Source: Candidatus Multivorans sp. (GTDB lineage: Bacteria; Acidobacteriota; Thermoanaerobaculia; Multivoradales; Multivoraceae). Taken from it: a DNA stretch of 64,000 nt. Positions 45,627 to 56,604 of this stretch are shown piece by piece. The stretch is taken from contig OZ251997.1 of the NCBI GenBank assembly GCA_965247095.1, positions 407,949 to 471,948 of the forward strand. The letters are read 5' to 3'. The position numbers and the translations under genes are program-made. The notes under the pieces are model-generated. The model was not told where the DNA came from, made no database searches, and worked only from the letters and a program-made list of their open reading frames with translations. The first letter of the stretch is position 1, and every line of letters starts with the position of its first letter.

Positions 45627-46454
45627 CTACAGCCAGCCGGCCGGCGCCGGCTCTGGCAAGGCCGGTGAGTTGCCGAGTAGCCACTCATAGGCCGGCTGGG
45701 CCTCAATGTCCTGCGGTATCTCGGAAGGGAGGGCTGATCGCCCCAGAGTCAGCACCAGCTTGCGCGCGTTGGGAAAGCGGCTCTCAGCGGCGACCAGCGC
45801 CCGGATCTCCCGGTTCGCGGCGCCGGCGTCGGACGCATCGGCGCACACCTGGATCAGTTCCGTCTCGCCGCTGGGCGACCGGGCCAGGAAGTCGACCTCG
45901 TAGCCCTCCGGCGTGCGCACATAGGTCACTTCGCACCCCCGGCGCTCCAGCTCGATGAGGACCGTCGCGATCTCTCGGGAGAGGAGACCGGCTGAGGATC
46001 CTGAGATGTACAAGTCGGCGTGTCGGGAGTCCAGCAGGCGCCTCACGAGGCGCTCCCAGCCGGGCACGACCTGAATCTCGTCGAGGAACCAAGCTTCGGG
46101 CGCGGCCTCCACGCCGTCCAGGTAGCGGCTCGGGTACTCGTCGATCAAGACTCCGAGGGACAGGGCGTCCAGTCCCGCGAACCGCTCTTCTTCGAGCCTG
46201 AGGAACGGTAGCTGCCAGGGTGCTGCGCCCCGCGCAATGCTCTCGGCTCTCAACTGGTGCAGGAACGTGGTCTTGCCCGCGCGCCGCATGCCGATGACGG
46301 ACGTGACCTTGCCCGGCAGCCCGATGCGGCCAAAGACTCGACGCCTCGTAAAGGGCGGACCGGCGTCTTCCAACCCTTCGGCAAGCTGCGCGTCGAATGC
46401 GCGTCGGAGGCGCTCGAGGTCCGGGGTCATGGCGCTAGGATTTCTCCTCGCCAA
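45627..46454 (-). CDS. AAA-family ATPase (AAA_14/DUF4143-type)
   Basis: Walker A GMRRAGKTT, Walker B-like WFLDEIQ, C-terminal DUF4143-like region. Confidence 0.6.
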   Translation of the reverse strand: MARRNPSAMTPDLERLRRAFDAQLAEGLEDAGPPFTRRRVFGRIGLPGKVTSVIGMRRAGKTTFLHQLRAESIARGAAPWQLPFLRLEEERFAGLDALSLGVLIDEYPSRYLDGVEAAPEAWFLDEIQVVPGWERLVRRLLDSRHADLYISGSSAGLLSREIATVLIELERRGCEVTYVRTPEGYEVDFLARSPSGETELIQVCADASDAGAANREIRALVAAESRFPNARKLVLTLGRSALPSEIPQDIEAQPAYEWLLGNSPALPEPAPAGWL

Positions 46455-46469
46455 GGGGAGAAATCGACC

Positions 46470-47207
46470 TCACACCTTTGCTCTGAGCGGAACGCGTGGA
46501 CGCCATTTGACCGTCCCCTTGCCGTTCACGAAGACCTCGCCCAAGGAGCACTTCTCCCTGACATATATGGCGAATCCCTCCTCTGCGATCGTCCCCACAA
46601 CCTCGCGGTCCACGACGAGGTCGAATACCTCCCGCCTTCGGAGTGTCGCCCCCTCGCGGGGAAGAATGAGCCGAAAGCCGGGAGGAGCATCGCTCGGTAC
46701 TTGACCGACGTTGGATAGCTCCTTCGCAGCGCGCTCCCACGCGTCTCGGGCCGATGTCGGGTCGGGCGCCAAGCCGGATCCGCGTGCGGCATCCTCGGCT
46801 TGAGTCGCCGAAGCGGCGGTTCCTGCCGGCTTCCGCTTGTCTACTGGAACAGCGCGCCCAAGGTCAGAGCTGGCTGCGTCATTGGCGGTGGGGAGAGTGG
46901 ACTTGGCGTCAGGGTCGCTATTGCCTGCGCCGCCGGGTTTGTCCGGTTCGCTGTCAAGTTTGTAGACGACCTGCCCTTCGGGAACGCCGGCTCTCATCTC
47001 GTCCTCCAACCGGTTCACGAGCGCCGGAGGCCACCCGTAGTAGCGGGCCGCTTCGCGCAGATTCACGAATCGGACAGCGGTGCGCTCGGCCTGCGCCAGC
47101 GTAACCGCGTCCAGCCGGCCTCGACGGATCGCCGCCCTGACCGCCGGCACCGTCACACCGGCCAGTCGCGCGGTGAGCTTGATTGAGAGAAGAACGATAC
47201 CGGCCAC
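46470..47207 (-). CDS. Hypothetical protein with N-terminal HTH-like segment and low-complexity Ala/Pro/Asp-rich linker
   Basis: 245-aa intact ORF; no catalytic motif recognised. Confidence 0.4.
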   Translation of the reverse strand: MAGIVLLSIKLTARLAGVTVPAVRAAIRRGRLDAVTLAQAERTAVRFVNLREAARYYGWPPALVNRLEDEMRAGVPEGQVVYKLDSEPDKPGGAGNSDPDAKSTLPTANDAASSDLGRAVPVDKRKPAGTAASATQAEDAARGSGLAPDPTSARDAWERAAKELSNVGQVPSDAPPGFRLILPREGATLRRREVFDLVVDREVVGTIAEEGFAIYVREKCSLGEVFVNGKGTVKWRPRVPLRAKV

Positions 47208-47264
47208 TGTTCTTGTTGTCCTCCGTCAACGTGTGACGAGAGGTTACTATATGTCGCATCGTAA

Positions 47265-48395
47265 CTACAGCACCTCGCCGATGTAGCGCTCCCTCGCCAG
47301 ACGCCAGAAGACGACCAGGAAGGCGGTCAACGGAATCGCCAGGATCATGCCGGCAATGCCGTTGAGGGCCGAGCCCCAGAAGAAGACGGCGACGATGATC
47401 GCCATCGGGTGCAAGCCCGTGCGATCGCCCATGATCCGCGGCGTCAGCACGTAGGCCTCTATGAGCTGGACGAGCACGAAGACGACCAGCACCCAGATCA
47501 CCAGACCGATCCCGCCGCCCTGCTGCCAGTACGCGATCGGCAGCGCCACTGCCAGACCGACGATGCTGCCGAGGTAGGGGATGATGTTGAGGAAGCCCAG
47601 CATGAGTCCGAGGACCAGGCCGTAGCGCAGACCGGCGATGGAGAAGCCGACGGCGAACAGCGCGCCCTGGAGGAAGGCGATGACGAGCTGGCCGCGGAAG
47701 AACGCGACGAGGATGTCGATGAACTCCTGGATGAGATAGATCACGTCCTCACGGGTCCTCGGCTTGAGGAAGGGGAAGAGGTGGTCCAACTTGCGGAAGC
47801 GGTCCGGCTCGACCATGAGGAAGAAGCAGAGGTAGACCGGCAGCACGGCCCAGGCGAAGAGGGAGGCGAGGCCGGCGGCGATGCTCTGGAGTACCTCCAC
47901 TGCCGTATCGCCGACGATGCCGAAGCTCGAGAGCAGGTTCGAGTCTCCACCCTCGAACGCCTCCCGCACCTGGATTGCGACCGGGTTCGTTTCCAGGAAC
48001 TCGGTCACGACAGGCGAGATCTCGGCCGTCCAGTCGACGATGCGGTCCCACGCGCCGGGGAGCGCATCGAGGAGTTCGTCGATCTGTGACGCCGCCATGG
48101 CGCCGAAGAACCAGGCGAAGCCGACGACGGGTACGAGCAGGGACAGCAGCACAGCGGCCACAGCGAGGATCTTCGGGAACCGCAGCCGTTCGTTGAGCAA
48201 CTCATAGTACGGCCGGAGCACGAACGCCAGCACGGCCGCGACCGCCAGCGGCAGAAAGACGCTCGAGAAGGCGGCGAAGAAGGTGCCGATGGCCCAGAAC
48301 AGCGCCACCACCGCGGCCAGGATGACGGCGGCCGCGGCGATCGTCGCCGCGGCAGCGACGGTGGCGCGCTGGCGTTCCGAGAGTTCGATCTGCAC
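47265..48395 (-). CDS. AI-2E family transporter (UPF0118/PerM-like)
   Basis: 8 TM organisation and conserved C-terminal block ...LNIIPYLGSIVG...VLTPRIMG...HP....V typical of AI-2E family; start trimmed to GTG 48395 (upstream part of 562-aa ORF is non-membrane junk). Confidence 0.65.
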   Translation of the reverse strand: MQIELSERQRATVAAAATIAAAAVILAAVVALFWAIGTFFAAFSSVFLPLAVAAVLAFVLRPYYELLNERLRFPKILAVAAVLLSLLVPVVGFAWFFGAMAASQIDELLDALPGAWDRIVDWTAEISPVVTEFLETNPVAIQVREAFEGGDSNLLSSFGIVGDTAVEVLQSIAAGLASLFAWAVLPVYLCFFLMVEPDRFRKLDHLFPFLKPRTREDVIYLIQEFIDILVAFFRGQLVIAFLQGALFAVGFSIAGLRYGLVLGLMLGFLNIIPYLGSIVGLAVALPIAYWQQGGGIGLVIWVLVVFVLVQLIEAYVLTPRIMGDRTGLHPMAIIVAVFFWGSALNGIAGMILAIPLTAFLVVFWRLARERYIGEVL

Positions 48396-48482
48396 GGGTG
48401 TTCGTCCTCGGCGGGACGCTACCACCTGGCCACCGGCAGCTTGAGCGAACGCCGCGCGCGGCCGCTCCGTATACTCCTTCGC

Positions 48483-49079
48483 ATGACCGTGACGCTGCTC
48501 GACCGGCCGCCGCGGACGCTGACGCGCAGTTTGGGGCCGTACCGCCGCTGCGACTACATGGCCCTCCCCGATGAACCCCGCTGCGAGTTGATCCGCGGGA
48601 GGTTCTACCTGAGTCCCAGCCCTATTGTTCTCCATCAGTTGATCGTCGGGCACCTGTTCCGCCTGTTCTTGGATGTGGCCGATCGCACCGGAGGAACCGC
48701 GATCGTGGCGCCGATGGATGTCCACCTGGCGGATCACTCGGTGGTCCAGCCCGACGTGATCTACGTCTCCCCGGAGCGCGGCGAGATCGTTCAGGATTGG
48801 ATGGAAGGCGCGCCGGACCTCCTGGTCGAGGTGCTGTCGCCATCGACCGCGTCGCGGGACCGGGTCCACAAGCTCGACCTCTACGCGACGGCCGGCGTGC
48901 GGGAGTACTGGATCGTCGATCCGCGGCAGCGCCGGATCACGTTCCTTGTTCACGACGGCGAGGGCTTCGCCGAGGGGGTGCCGGAAGGCGCTGGCTACGA
49001 GTCGCGCGTCGTGCCGGAGATCAGGCTGAACATGGACGAACTCTGGGCGGCGGTCGACCGGAAGTTCGCGAACGCCTGA
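48483..49079 (+). CDS. Uma2 (DUF820) family restriction-endonuclease-like protein
   Basis: PD-(D/E)XK-like signature PDVIYVSPE...PDLLVEVLSPST...D...K..LY...GVREYWIVDP. Confidence 0.65.
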   Translation: MTVTLLDRPPRTLTRSLGPYRRCDYMALPDEPRCELIRGRFYLSPSPIVLHQLIVGHLFRLFLDVADRTGGTAIVAPMDVHLADHSVVQPDVIYVSPERGEIVQDWMEGAPDLLVEVLSPSTASRDRVHKLDLYATAGVREYWIVDPRQRRITFLVHDGEGFAEGVPEGAGYESRVVPEIRLNMDELWAAVDRKFANA

Positions 49080-49094
49080 GGGCCGCGCCGTAGA

Positions 49095-49145
49095 GCGGCC
49101 TGCTGTTCAGGTTCCTGGGAACGCGGGCATCCTGCCCGCATCCGG
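49095..49145. repeat. Hairpin repeat element (family B: GGGAACGCGGGCATC[CT]TGCCCGCATC) upstream of hisS
   Basis: TTCCTGGGAACGCGGGCATCCTGCCCGCATCCGGG; same element occurs twice at 56497-56592. Confidence 0.6.
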
Positions 49146-49226
49146 GCCGAGGCCCGGCTCGGCTCGCGCTCGAAGCTCCGTTCAGAGCGCCCCCGCATTG
49201 CGGCTGGATGGATACGATCGGCCCCC

Positions 49227-50501
49227 ATGGCTGCGAAACACCGATTCCAAAGCGTCAAGGGGATGCGCGACCTCTTGCTGGACGAGGCCGCGGCCTTCGC
49301 GGCCGTAGAGGACACGGCGCGCCGGGTGTTCTCGCTCTATGGCTACCGCGAGGTGCGCACACCGGTGGTGGAAGAGACAGAGCTGTTCGTGCGCGGAGTC
49401 GGCGAAGGCAGCGAGATCGTCGGCAAGCAGATGTACACCTTCGACGACAAGAAGGGGCGCAGCCTGACGCTCCGGCCCGAGAGCACGGCGGCGGTGGCGC
49501 GGGCCTATCTGCAGCACGGCATGGCGTCCTGGCCCCAGCCCGTCAAGGTCTTCTACATGGGGCCGCACTTCCGCTACGAGCGGCCGCAGGCGGGCCGCTA
49601 CAGGCAGTTCCACCAGATCGGCGCTGAACTGATCGGCGATCCGGGGCCCTACGGCGACGCGGAACTCCTGGTCATGCTGCTGCGCTTTCTGGAGGAACTC
49701 GGCTTTGAGGACCTGGAGGTGGGCCTCAACTCCGTGGGCGATCCGGACTGCCGCCGGCGCTACTCCGGGCTGCTGCGCGAGTACCTCGAACCGCATCGGG
49801 ACGAGTTGGGCGCCGACAGCCGTCGCCGCCTCGAGACGAATCCGCTCCGCATCCTCGATACGAAGGCGCCGGTGGAGCGGAAACTGCTCGAGAGGGCGCC
49901 GCGCCTGCTCGATGTGCTCGGGGACGGGGCCCGCCGGCACTTCGAGGTAGTGCGCGAACAGCTCGAACGGTTCGGCGTCGCCTACCGGGTCGACGATCGG
50001 CTGGTGCGCGGCCTCGACTACTACACGCGGACCGTGTTCGAGATCACCTCGGCGGCACTGGGCGCGCAGAACGCGATCCTGGGCGGCGGCCGCTACGATG
50101 GCCTGATCGGCGAGCTCGGCGGTCCGAGCGTGCCCGGGATCGGCTTCGCGATCGGCGAGGACCGGCTGGTCGATGTGCTGCCGGCGGCGTCGCCGGCGCG
50201 GGCCGCCGGCGCGCCGCCGGTGAGTGTCCTCATCGTCGGCGAGGCCCACCTGCGGCAGGGTCTGGAGCTCACCGAGGAGTTGCGCGCGGCCGGTGTGCCG
50301 GCGATCTGCGACCTGGCCGCCGGCACGCTGAAGGCCGGTCTGCGCAAGGCGAACCGCCGCGGATGCCGATGGGTCGTGCTGTTCGGGGAGGACGAAGAGG
50401 CCGCCGGGACGGTGGTGCTGAAGAACTTCGAGAGCGGCATCCAGGAGACGATCCCGCGCGAGGGTTTCGCGGCCGCGATAGCGGCGAGGATTTCGCCCTG
50501 A
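49227..50501 (+). CDS. hisS: Histidine--tRNA ligase
   Basis: MAAKHRFQSVKGMRDLL..., class II motifs (FRYERPQAGRYRQFHQIG, GGGRYDGL). Confidence 0.9.
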   Translation: MAAKHRFQSVKGMRDLLLDEAAAFAAVEDTARRVFSLYGYREVRTPVVEETELFVRGVGEGSEIVGKQMYTFDDKKGRSLTLRPESTAAVARAYLQHGMASWPQPVKVFYMGPHFRYERPQAGRYRQFHQIGAELIGDPGPYGDAELLVMLLRFLEELGFEDLEVGLNSVGDPDCRRRYSGLLREYLEPHRDELGADSRRRLETNPLRILDTKAPVERKLLERAPRLLDVLGDGARRHFEVVREQLERFGVAYRVDDRLVRGLDYYTRTVFEITSAALGAQNAILGGGRYDGLIGELGGPSVPGIGFAIGEDRLVDVLPAASPARAAGAPPVSVLIVGEAHLRQGLELTEELRAAGVPAICDLAAGTLKAGLRKANRRGCRWVVLFGEDEEAAGTVVLKNFESGIQETIPREGFAAAIAARISP

Positions 50502-50557
50502 GTTGTGCGAGGATCGGCGGTTCGGGCCAAAGGTGGCCCGCCGCGAAGGACAAGCAC

Positions 50558-52310
<1,753 letters not shown>

Positions 52311-52324
<14 letters not shown>

Positions 52325-53507
52325 GGTTGCCTTGGCCGACCACGCCGCGGACGGCCCGCACCGTCTGACTCTCGCCCATCCCCGGGGCGTGAGCGAGATC
52401 CTCGTCGGCCCGGGTCTGCTCGCCGCGGGCGCCGAGGGCGCGCTCGGCGGCGTGTTGGACTGGTGCCGGGGCCGGGTCGTGTTCCTGGTCACGAGCGAGG
52501 CGCCTGCTCGTCACTGCGGCGCGGCGGCGCGGCGGTTGCTTGAGACCGCGGGCGCTGCGCGGATTGAGACGATCGAGGTTCCCGACGGCGAGGCGGCCAA
52601 GACAGTCGAGTGCGCAGCGTCCGTCTGGCGGGAGATGCTCGAGCGCGGCGGCAAGCGGGACAGTCGCCTGGTGACCCTCGGCGGCGGCGCGGTGGGCGAT
52701 CTCGGGGGCTTCGCCGCCGGTTGCTTCCTGCGCGGCATCGACTACATCCAGATCCCGACCACGCTGCTGGCCCAGGTCGACGCCTCGGTCGGCGGCAAGA
52801 CCGGGGTCGACCTGCCCGGCGGCAAGAACACGGTCGGCGCCTTCCACCATCCCCGCTTCGTGCTCGCCGACATCGACTGCCTGCGCACGCTGCCGGTCGG
52901 CGAGCTGCGGTCCGGGTTGTTCGAGGTGGTCAAGATGGCGGCGCTGCTCGATCTCCGTCTGTTGACGGTGGTGGAGGAGTCGCTGGAGCGGCTGCTCGCC
53001 GCCTGTGCCGAGTCGCTGACGCCGGTCGTCGCCGCCTCGATCCGGGCCAAGCTGGGCGTCGTCGAAGCGGATCTCGAAGAAGGGGACCGCCGGCGGCTGC
53101 TCAACTTCGGCCACACCCTGGGGCACGCGATCGAATCGGAGTTCGGCTACCAGGGCCTGCGTCACGGCGACGCGGTGGCTCACGGCATGAGGTTCGCCCT
53201 GCGTTTGGCGCTTCGGCGTGGGCTGGATCCGGAGTTCGCGGCGCGCCTGGAGCGGATGATCGACCGGCTGGCGCCGCCCGGACTCGGCGCCGTGGAGCGG
53301 CAGGGTGGCGTGCGCCTGGACGTGGACCGGCTCATCCAGGCCATGGGCCGGGACAAGAAGGCGCGCGAGAGCGGTCTGGTCTGGATCCTGCCGGCCGCGC
53401 CGGGCCGGGGCGAGATCGTTGCCGATCTCGATCCGGCGCTGGTGCGGAGTGAACTCCGGGCGTTTCTCGACGACTCCCGTGCCTCGTCGTCCGGGGACGC
53501 GCAGTGA
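52311..53507 (+). CDS. aroB: 3-dehydroquinate synthase
   Basis: LVTLGGGAVGDLGGFAAGCFLRGIDYIQIPTTLLAQVDASVGGKTGV..., metal-binding His motifs; TTG 52311 (alternative TTG 52332). Confidence 0.85.
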
Positions 53508-54499
53508 GCGTGGAAACCGGCGGTAGCGGCGCGGCTACGCCGGCGGTCGAGGGCGAAGCGCGCGAATCGCTGGAATCCGGAAGGGGCGGCCTGTGGAACC
53601 GGCTGCGGCGGGGCCTCGGCCGTACCCGGAAGGGACTGGTGGGCCGGATCAGCACCGCGCTTGGAGGCGCCGCGCGGATCGATGAGGACGTGCTGGAGCG
53701 GATCGAGGAGACCCTGATCGAGTCGGACCTCGGCGTCGAGACCTCGCTCGAGCTCGTCGAACGGCTGCGTCAGGCGGGAGATTCGGGGCCGATCGCCGCC
53801 GGCGACGAGTTCGCCCTACGGCAACTGCTGGTCGACGAAGTGGCGGTGCTGCTGCTCGACGCACCGCCTGCCGCGTTGCCGGCGACCCCGCGCATCACGC
53901 TGATGGTGGGCGTCAACGGTTCGGGCAAGACGACCTCCGCCGCCAAGCTGGCGCAGGCGTCCCTGGCCCGGGGCGAGAAGGTCCTGTTCGCGGCCGGCGA
54001 CACCTTTCGTGCCGCGGCCGCGGAGCAGCTCGAGGTCTGGGGCGAGCGGCTGGGGATCGAGGTCGTCCGTCGCCCGTCGGGCGGCGACCCGGCGGCGCTC
54101 GTCTTTGACGCCGTTCAGGCGGCCGGGGCGCGCGGCGTCGATCATCTGATCGTCGACACGGCGGGCCGCCTCCACACCCGCGGTCAACTGATGGACGAGC
54201 TGTCGAAGGTCCACCGGGTCACCCGGCGCGCGGCCGGCGACGCCTGGAACCTCTTCACCCTCCTGGTGGTCGATGCCGGCAACGGCCACAACGCGCTGGT
54301 GCAGGCGCGCGAGTTCGGGGCGACGGTCCCGATCGACGCCGTGTTCCTGGCCAAGCTCGACGGCACGGCAAAGGGCGGCATGGCGGTGGCGATCGCCCGC
54401 GATCTGCGCCTGCCGGTCGCCTACCTGGGTGTGGGCGAGGGGGTGGAGGACATCGTCGACTACAAGCCGCGGTCCTTTGCGGCCGCCCTGTTCGGGTGA
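53504..54499 (+). CDS. ftsY: Signal recognition particle receptor FtsY
   Basis: SRP GTPase motifs GVNGSGKTT, DTFRAAA, DTAGR, AKLDGTAKGG; GTG overlapping aroB stop. Confidence 0.9.
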   Translation: MSVETGGSGAATPAVEGEARESLESGRGGLWNRLRRGLGRTRKGLVGRISTALGGAARIDEDVLERIEETLIESDLGVETSLELVERLRQAGDSGPIAAGDEFALRQLLVDEVAVLLLDAPPAALPATPRITLMVGVNGSGKTTSAAKLAQASLARGEKVLFAAGDTFRAAAAEQLEVWGERLGIEVVRRPSGGDPAALVFDAVQAAGARGVDHLIVDTAGRLHTRGQLMDELSKVHRVTRRAAGDAWNLFTLLVVDAGNGHNALVQAREFGATVPIDAVFLAKLDGTAKGGMAVAIARDLRLPVAYLGVGEGVEDIVDYKPRSFAAALFG

Positions 54500-55683
54500 G
54501 CGCCGTGGGCGCTGAGACCGCCGGACGTTTCGACGACGCCGATCGGCGGGCGATGGGGCGGGCCCTGGCGCTGGCGCGGCGGGGCCGCCTGACCACGGCG
54601 CCGAACCCCATGGTGGGCGCGGTGGTCACGAAGAGCGGCGAGATCGTCGGCGCCGGCTGGCACCGTCGGGCCGGCGGCGAGCACGCGGAGGCGATGGCGC
54701 TCGACGCCGCCGGTGGCCGCGCCCGTGGCGGCACGATCTACGTCACGCTCGAGCCGTGCACCCATCACGGCCGGACCCCGCCCTGCGCGGGACGGATCCT
54801 GGAATCGGGGGTTGAGCGCGTGGTCTTCGCCCACCGCGATCCGAACCCCGAGGTGATCGGCGGCGGTGGCGAACGGCTGCGGGCCGCGGGCCTCCGGGTC
54901 GAGAGCGGGCTCCTGGCCGAGCAGGCGGTCGAGATGAATGTGCCCTTCCTGACCCGCGTCCTTCACGAGCGGCCCGCCGTGACCCTGAAGTGGGCGATGA
55001 GCCTGGACGGCCGCATCGCGACGGCGACCGGCGACAGCCAGTGGATCTCGTCGCCGCGCGGCCGCCGTTGGGCGCTCGAACTGCGCGAGGAGCACCAGGC
55101 GATCGTGGTCGGCAGCGGCACCGCGCTGGCCGACGATCCGCGTCTCGACCGGCGACTGGGCCGGGCCGAGGGACCGATCGTGCGGGTGGTGCTCGATCGG
55201 CGGTTGCGGCTATCCCCGGGGGCGCGGATGTTCGAGGTCGAGGGGCCGGTTGTCGTCTACACGGCGGCGCCGGAGGGCGGCGCGAACGAGGGCGCGGACG
55301 AGGGCGCGGTGGAATGGGCCCGGCGGCGAGACCGTCTACGTGATGCGGGCGCCGATGTCGTCGTGATCGAGGCCGTGGCGCCGCCCGCGGTGCTGGCGGA
55401 CCTGGCCGGGCGCGGCGTGTCGAACGTGCTCGTCGAGGGCGGTGCCGGGGTGCTGGAGGCGTTTGCGTCCTCGGGTGTCTGGGATCGGGCCGCGGTGTGC
55501 TGCGCGCCCCTCCTGATCGGCGGCGCGGCGGCCCTGGGCCCGATCGGCGGCGCCGGCGCGGAGAAGTTGGCTGACGCCTGGCGCCTCGATCGGCTGCGGG
55601 TTCTAAGGCGTGGCGCGGACGTGATTCTTGTAGGGTACCGGCAGGGATGTATACCGGAATTGTCACGGAGTGTGGCCGGGTAG
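54496..55683 (+). CDS. ribD: Bifunctional diaminohydroxyphosphoribosylaminopyrimidine deaminase / 5-amino-6-(5-phosphoribosylamino)uracil reductase
   Basis: CMP/dCMP deaminase zinc motif HAEAMAL...LEPCTHHGRTPPCA, then reductase domain; GTG overlapping ftsY stop (alternative ATG 54553). Confidence 0.85.
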   Translation: MSAVGAETAGRFDDADRRAMGRALALARRGRLTTAPNPMVGAVVTKSGEIVGAGWHRRAGGEHAEAMALDAAGGRARGGTIYVTLEPCTHHGRTPPCAGRILESGVERVVFAHRDPNPEVIGGGGERLRAAGLRVESGLLAEQAVEMNVPFLTRVLHERPAVTLKWAMSLDGRIATATGDSQWISSPRGRRWALELREEHQAIVVGSGTALADDPRLDRRLGRAEGPIVRVVLDRRLRLSPGARMFEVEGPVVVYTAAPEGGANEGADEGAVEWARRRDRLRDAGADVVVIEAVAPPAVLADLAGRGVSNVLVEGGAGVLEAFASSGVWDRAAVCCAPLLIGGAAALGPIGGAGAEKLADAWRLDRLRVLRRGADVILVGYRQGCIPELSRSVAG

Positions 55684-56396
55684 TCGAGGCCCCCAAAGCC
55701 CCCAAAGCCCCGACGCGCCACGGTGCCATCCGACCGCCCGAAGACGGGCGCTCGGACTGGGTCGCGTGTGGCGCGAGCACGCGCCCCACGGGTTCCCGCA
55801 TGGTGATCGGGCACTCGGCGGAGCTTGCGTCGCGGCTGGAGCCGGGCGCCAGCCTCTCGGTCGCCGGGGTCTGCCTGACCGTGGTGGAGCAGGGCGGCGC
55901 GAACGGAGTGTCGGGTAACGGCGCAGAGGGCGCCATCCCGGCCTGGTCCGCCTTCGATCTGTCTCCCGAAACGCTCAGCCGCACGACTCTTGGCGCTCTG
56001 GTTGACGGCGATGAGGTGAACCTGGAGCCGCCGCTTTCTGCCGGCGACCCCCTTGGCGGCCACTGGGTCCAGGGCCACGTCGACACGACGACCCGGGTGG
56101 CGAAAGTCGAGGAACTCGGAGACAACCGGGTCATCACGTTCGAAGTCCCCGCCGAGCTCGAGAACGGCCTCGTCCTCAAGGGCAGCGTGACGATCGACGG
56201 CGTCAGCCTGACGATCGCGGCGCTGGACGAAGAAACCTTCGACGTCGCCCTGATTCCGCACACGCTCGAGGTCACCACCCTCTCGGAGCTGAAGCCCGGC
56301 GACCCGGTCAACGTCGAGGGCGACGTCCTCGCCCGGTACGTCCAGAAGTCCGTCGAGGCGGCCGTCGCCGCCGCCCTCGAGTCGGCCCGGCGTTGA
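55647..56396 (+). CDS. ribE: Riboflavin synthase alpha subunit with N-terminal repeat-derived insertion
   Basis: MYTGIV...VAGVCLTV...GDEVNLE...GGHWVQGHVD...DGVSLTIA...IPHTLEVTTL two-lumazine-binding-repeat architecture; ~25-35 extra residues (APKAPKAPTRHGAIRPPEDGRSDWVACGASTRPTGS) versus canonical RibE. Confidence 0.8.
   Translation: MYTGIVTECGRVVEAPKAPKAPTRHGAIRPPEDGRSDWVACGASTRPTGSRMVIGHSAELASRLEPGASLSVAGVCLTVVEQGGANGVSGNGAEGAIPAWSAFDLSPETLSRTTLGALVDGDEVNLEPPLSAGDPLGGHWVQGHVDTTTRVAKVEELGDNRVITFEVPAELENGLVLKGSVTIDGVSLTIAALDEETFDVALIPHTLEVTTLSELKPGDPVNVEGDVLARYVQKSVEAAVAAALESARR
55737..55812. repeat. Family A palindromic repeat copy, in-frame inside ribE 5' region
   Basis: CATCCGACCGCCCGAAGACGGGCGCTCGGACTGGGTCGCGTGTGGCGCGAGCACGCGCCCCACGGGTTCCCGCATGG; preceded by tandem CCCCCAAAG x2. 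Confidence 0.7.
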
Positions 56397-56426
56397 GAGG
56401 GCATCGCGGGGCCCTTGAGGCCCGCC

Positions 56427-56592
56427 CCTGGGAGCCCGGGTGGCGCCCCGCGCCACCCGTGAACCACTCCGTGCGCCCGTCTTCGGGCGCGCGGATGGCA
56501 CGCGGGCATCTTGCCGGCATCTGCGTGAGGGCCGTCCGCGACATGAGCCGTCCGTCCTGGGAACGCGGGCATCTTGCCCGCATCTGGGTCAG
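56427..56592. repeat. Composite intergenic repeat: inverted family A copy followed by two family B hairpin copies
   Basis: CCTGGGAGCCCGGGTGGCGCCCCGCGCCACCCGTGAACCACTCCGTGCGCCCGTCTTCGGGCGCGCGGATGG (56427-56498), then ACGCGGGCATCTTGCCGGCATCTG and GGGAACGCGGGCATCTTGCCCGCATCTGG. Confidence 0.7.
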
Positions 56593-56604
56593 GATCGTCG
56601 CCCC

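Noticed and set aside
54400-55700. FMN riboswitch expected upstream of rib genes
   Set aside because: ribD starts with a 4-bp overlap on ftsY and ribE overlaps ribD, leaving no leader in which an RFN element could reside
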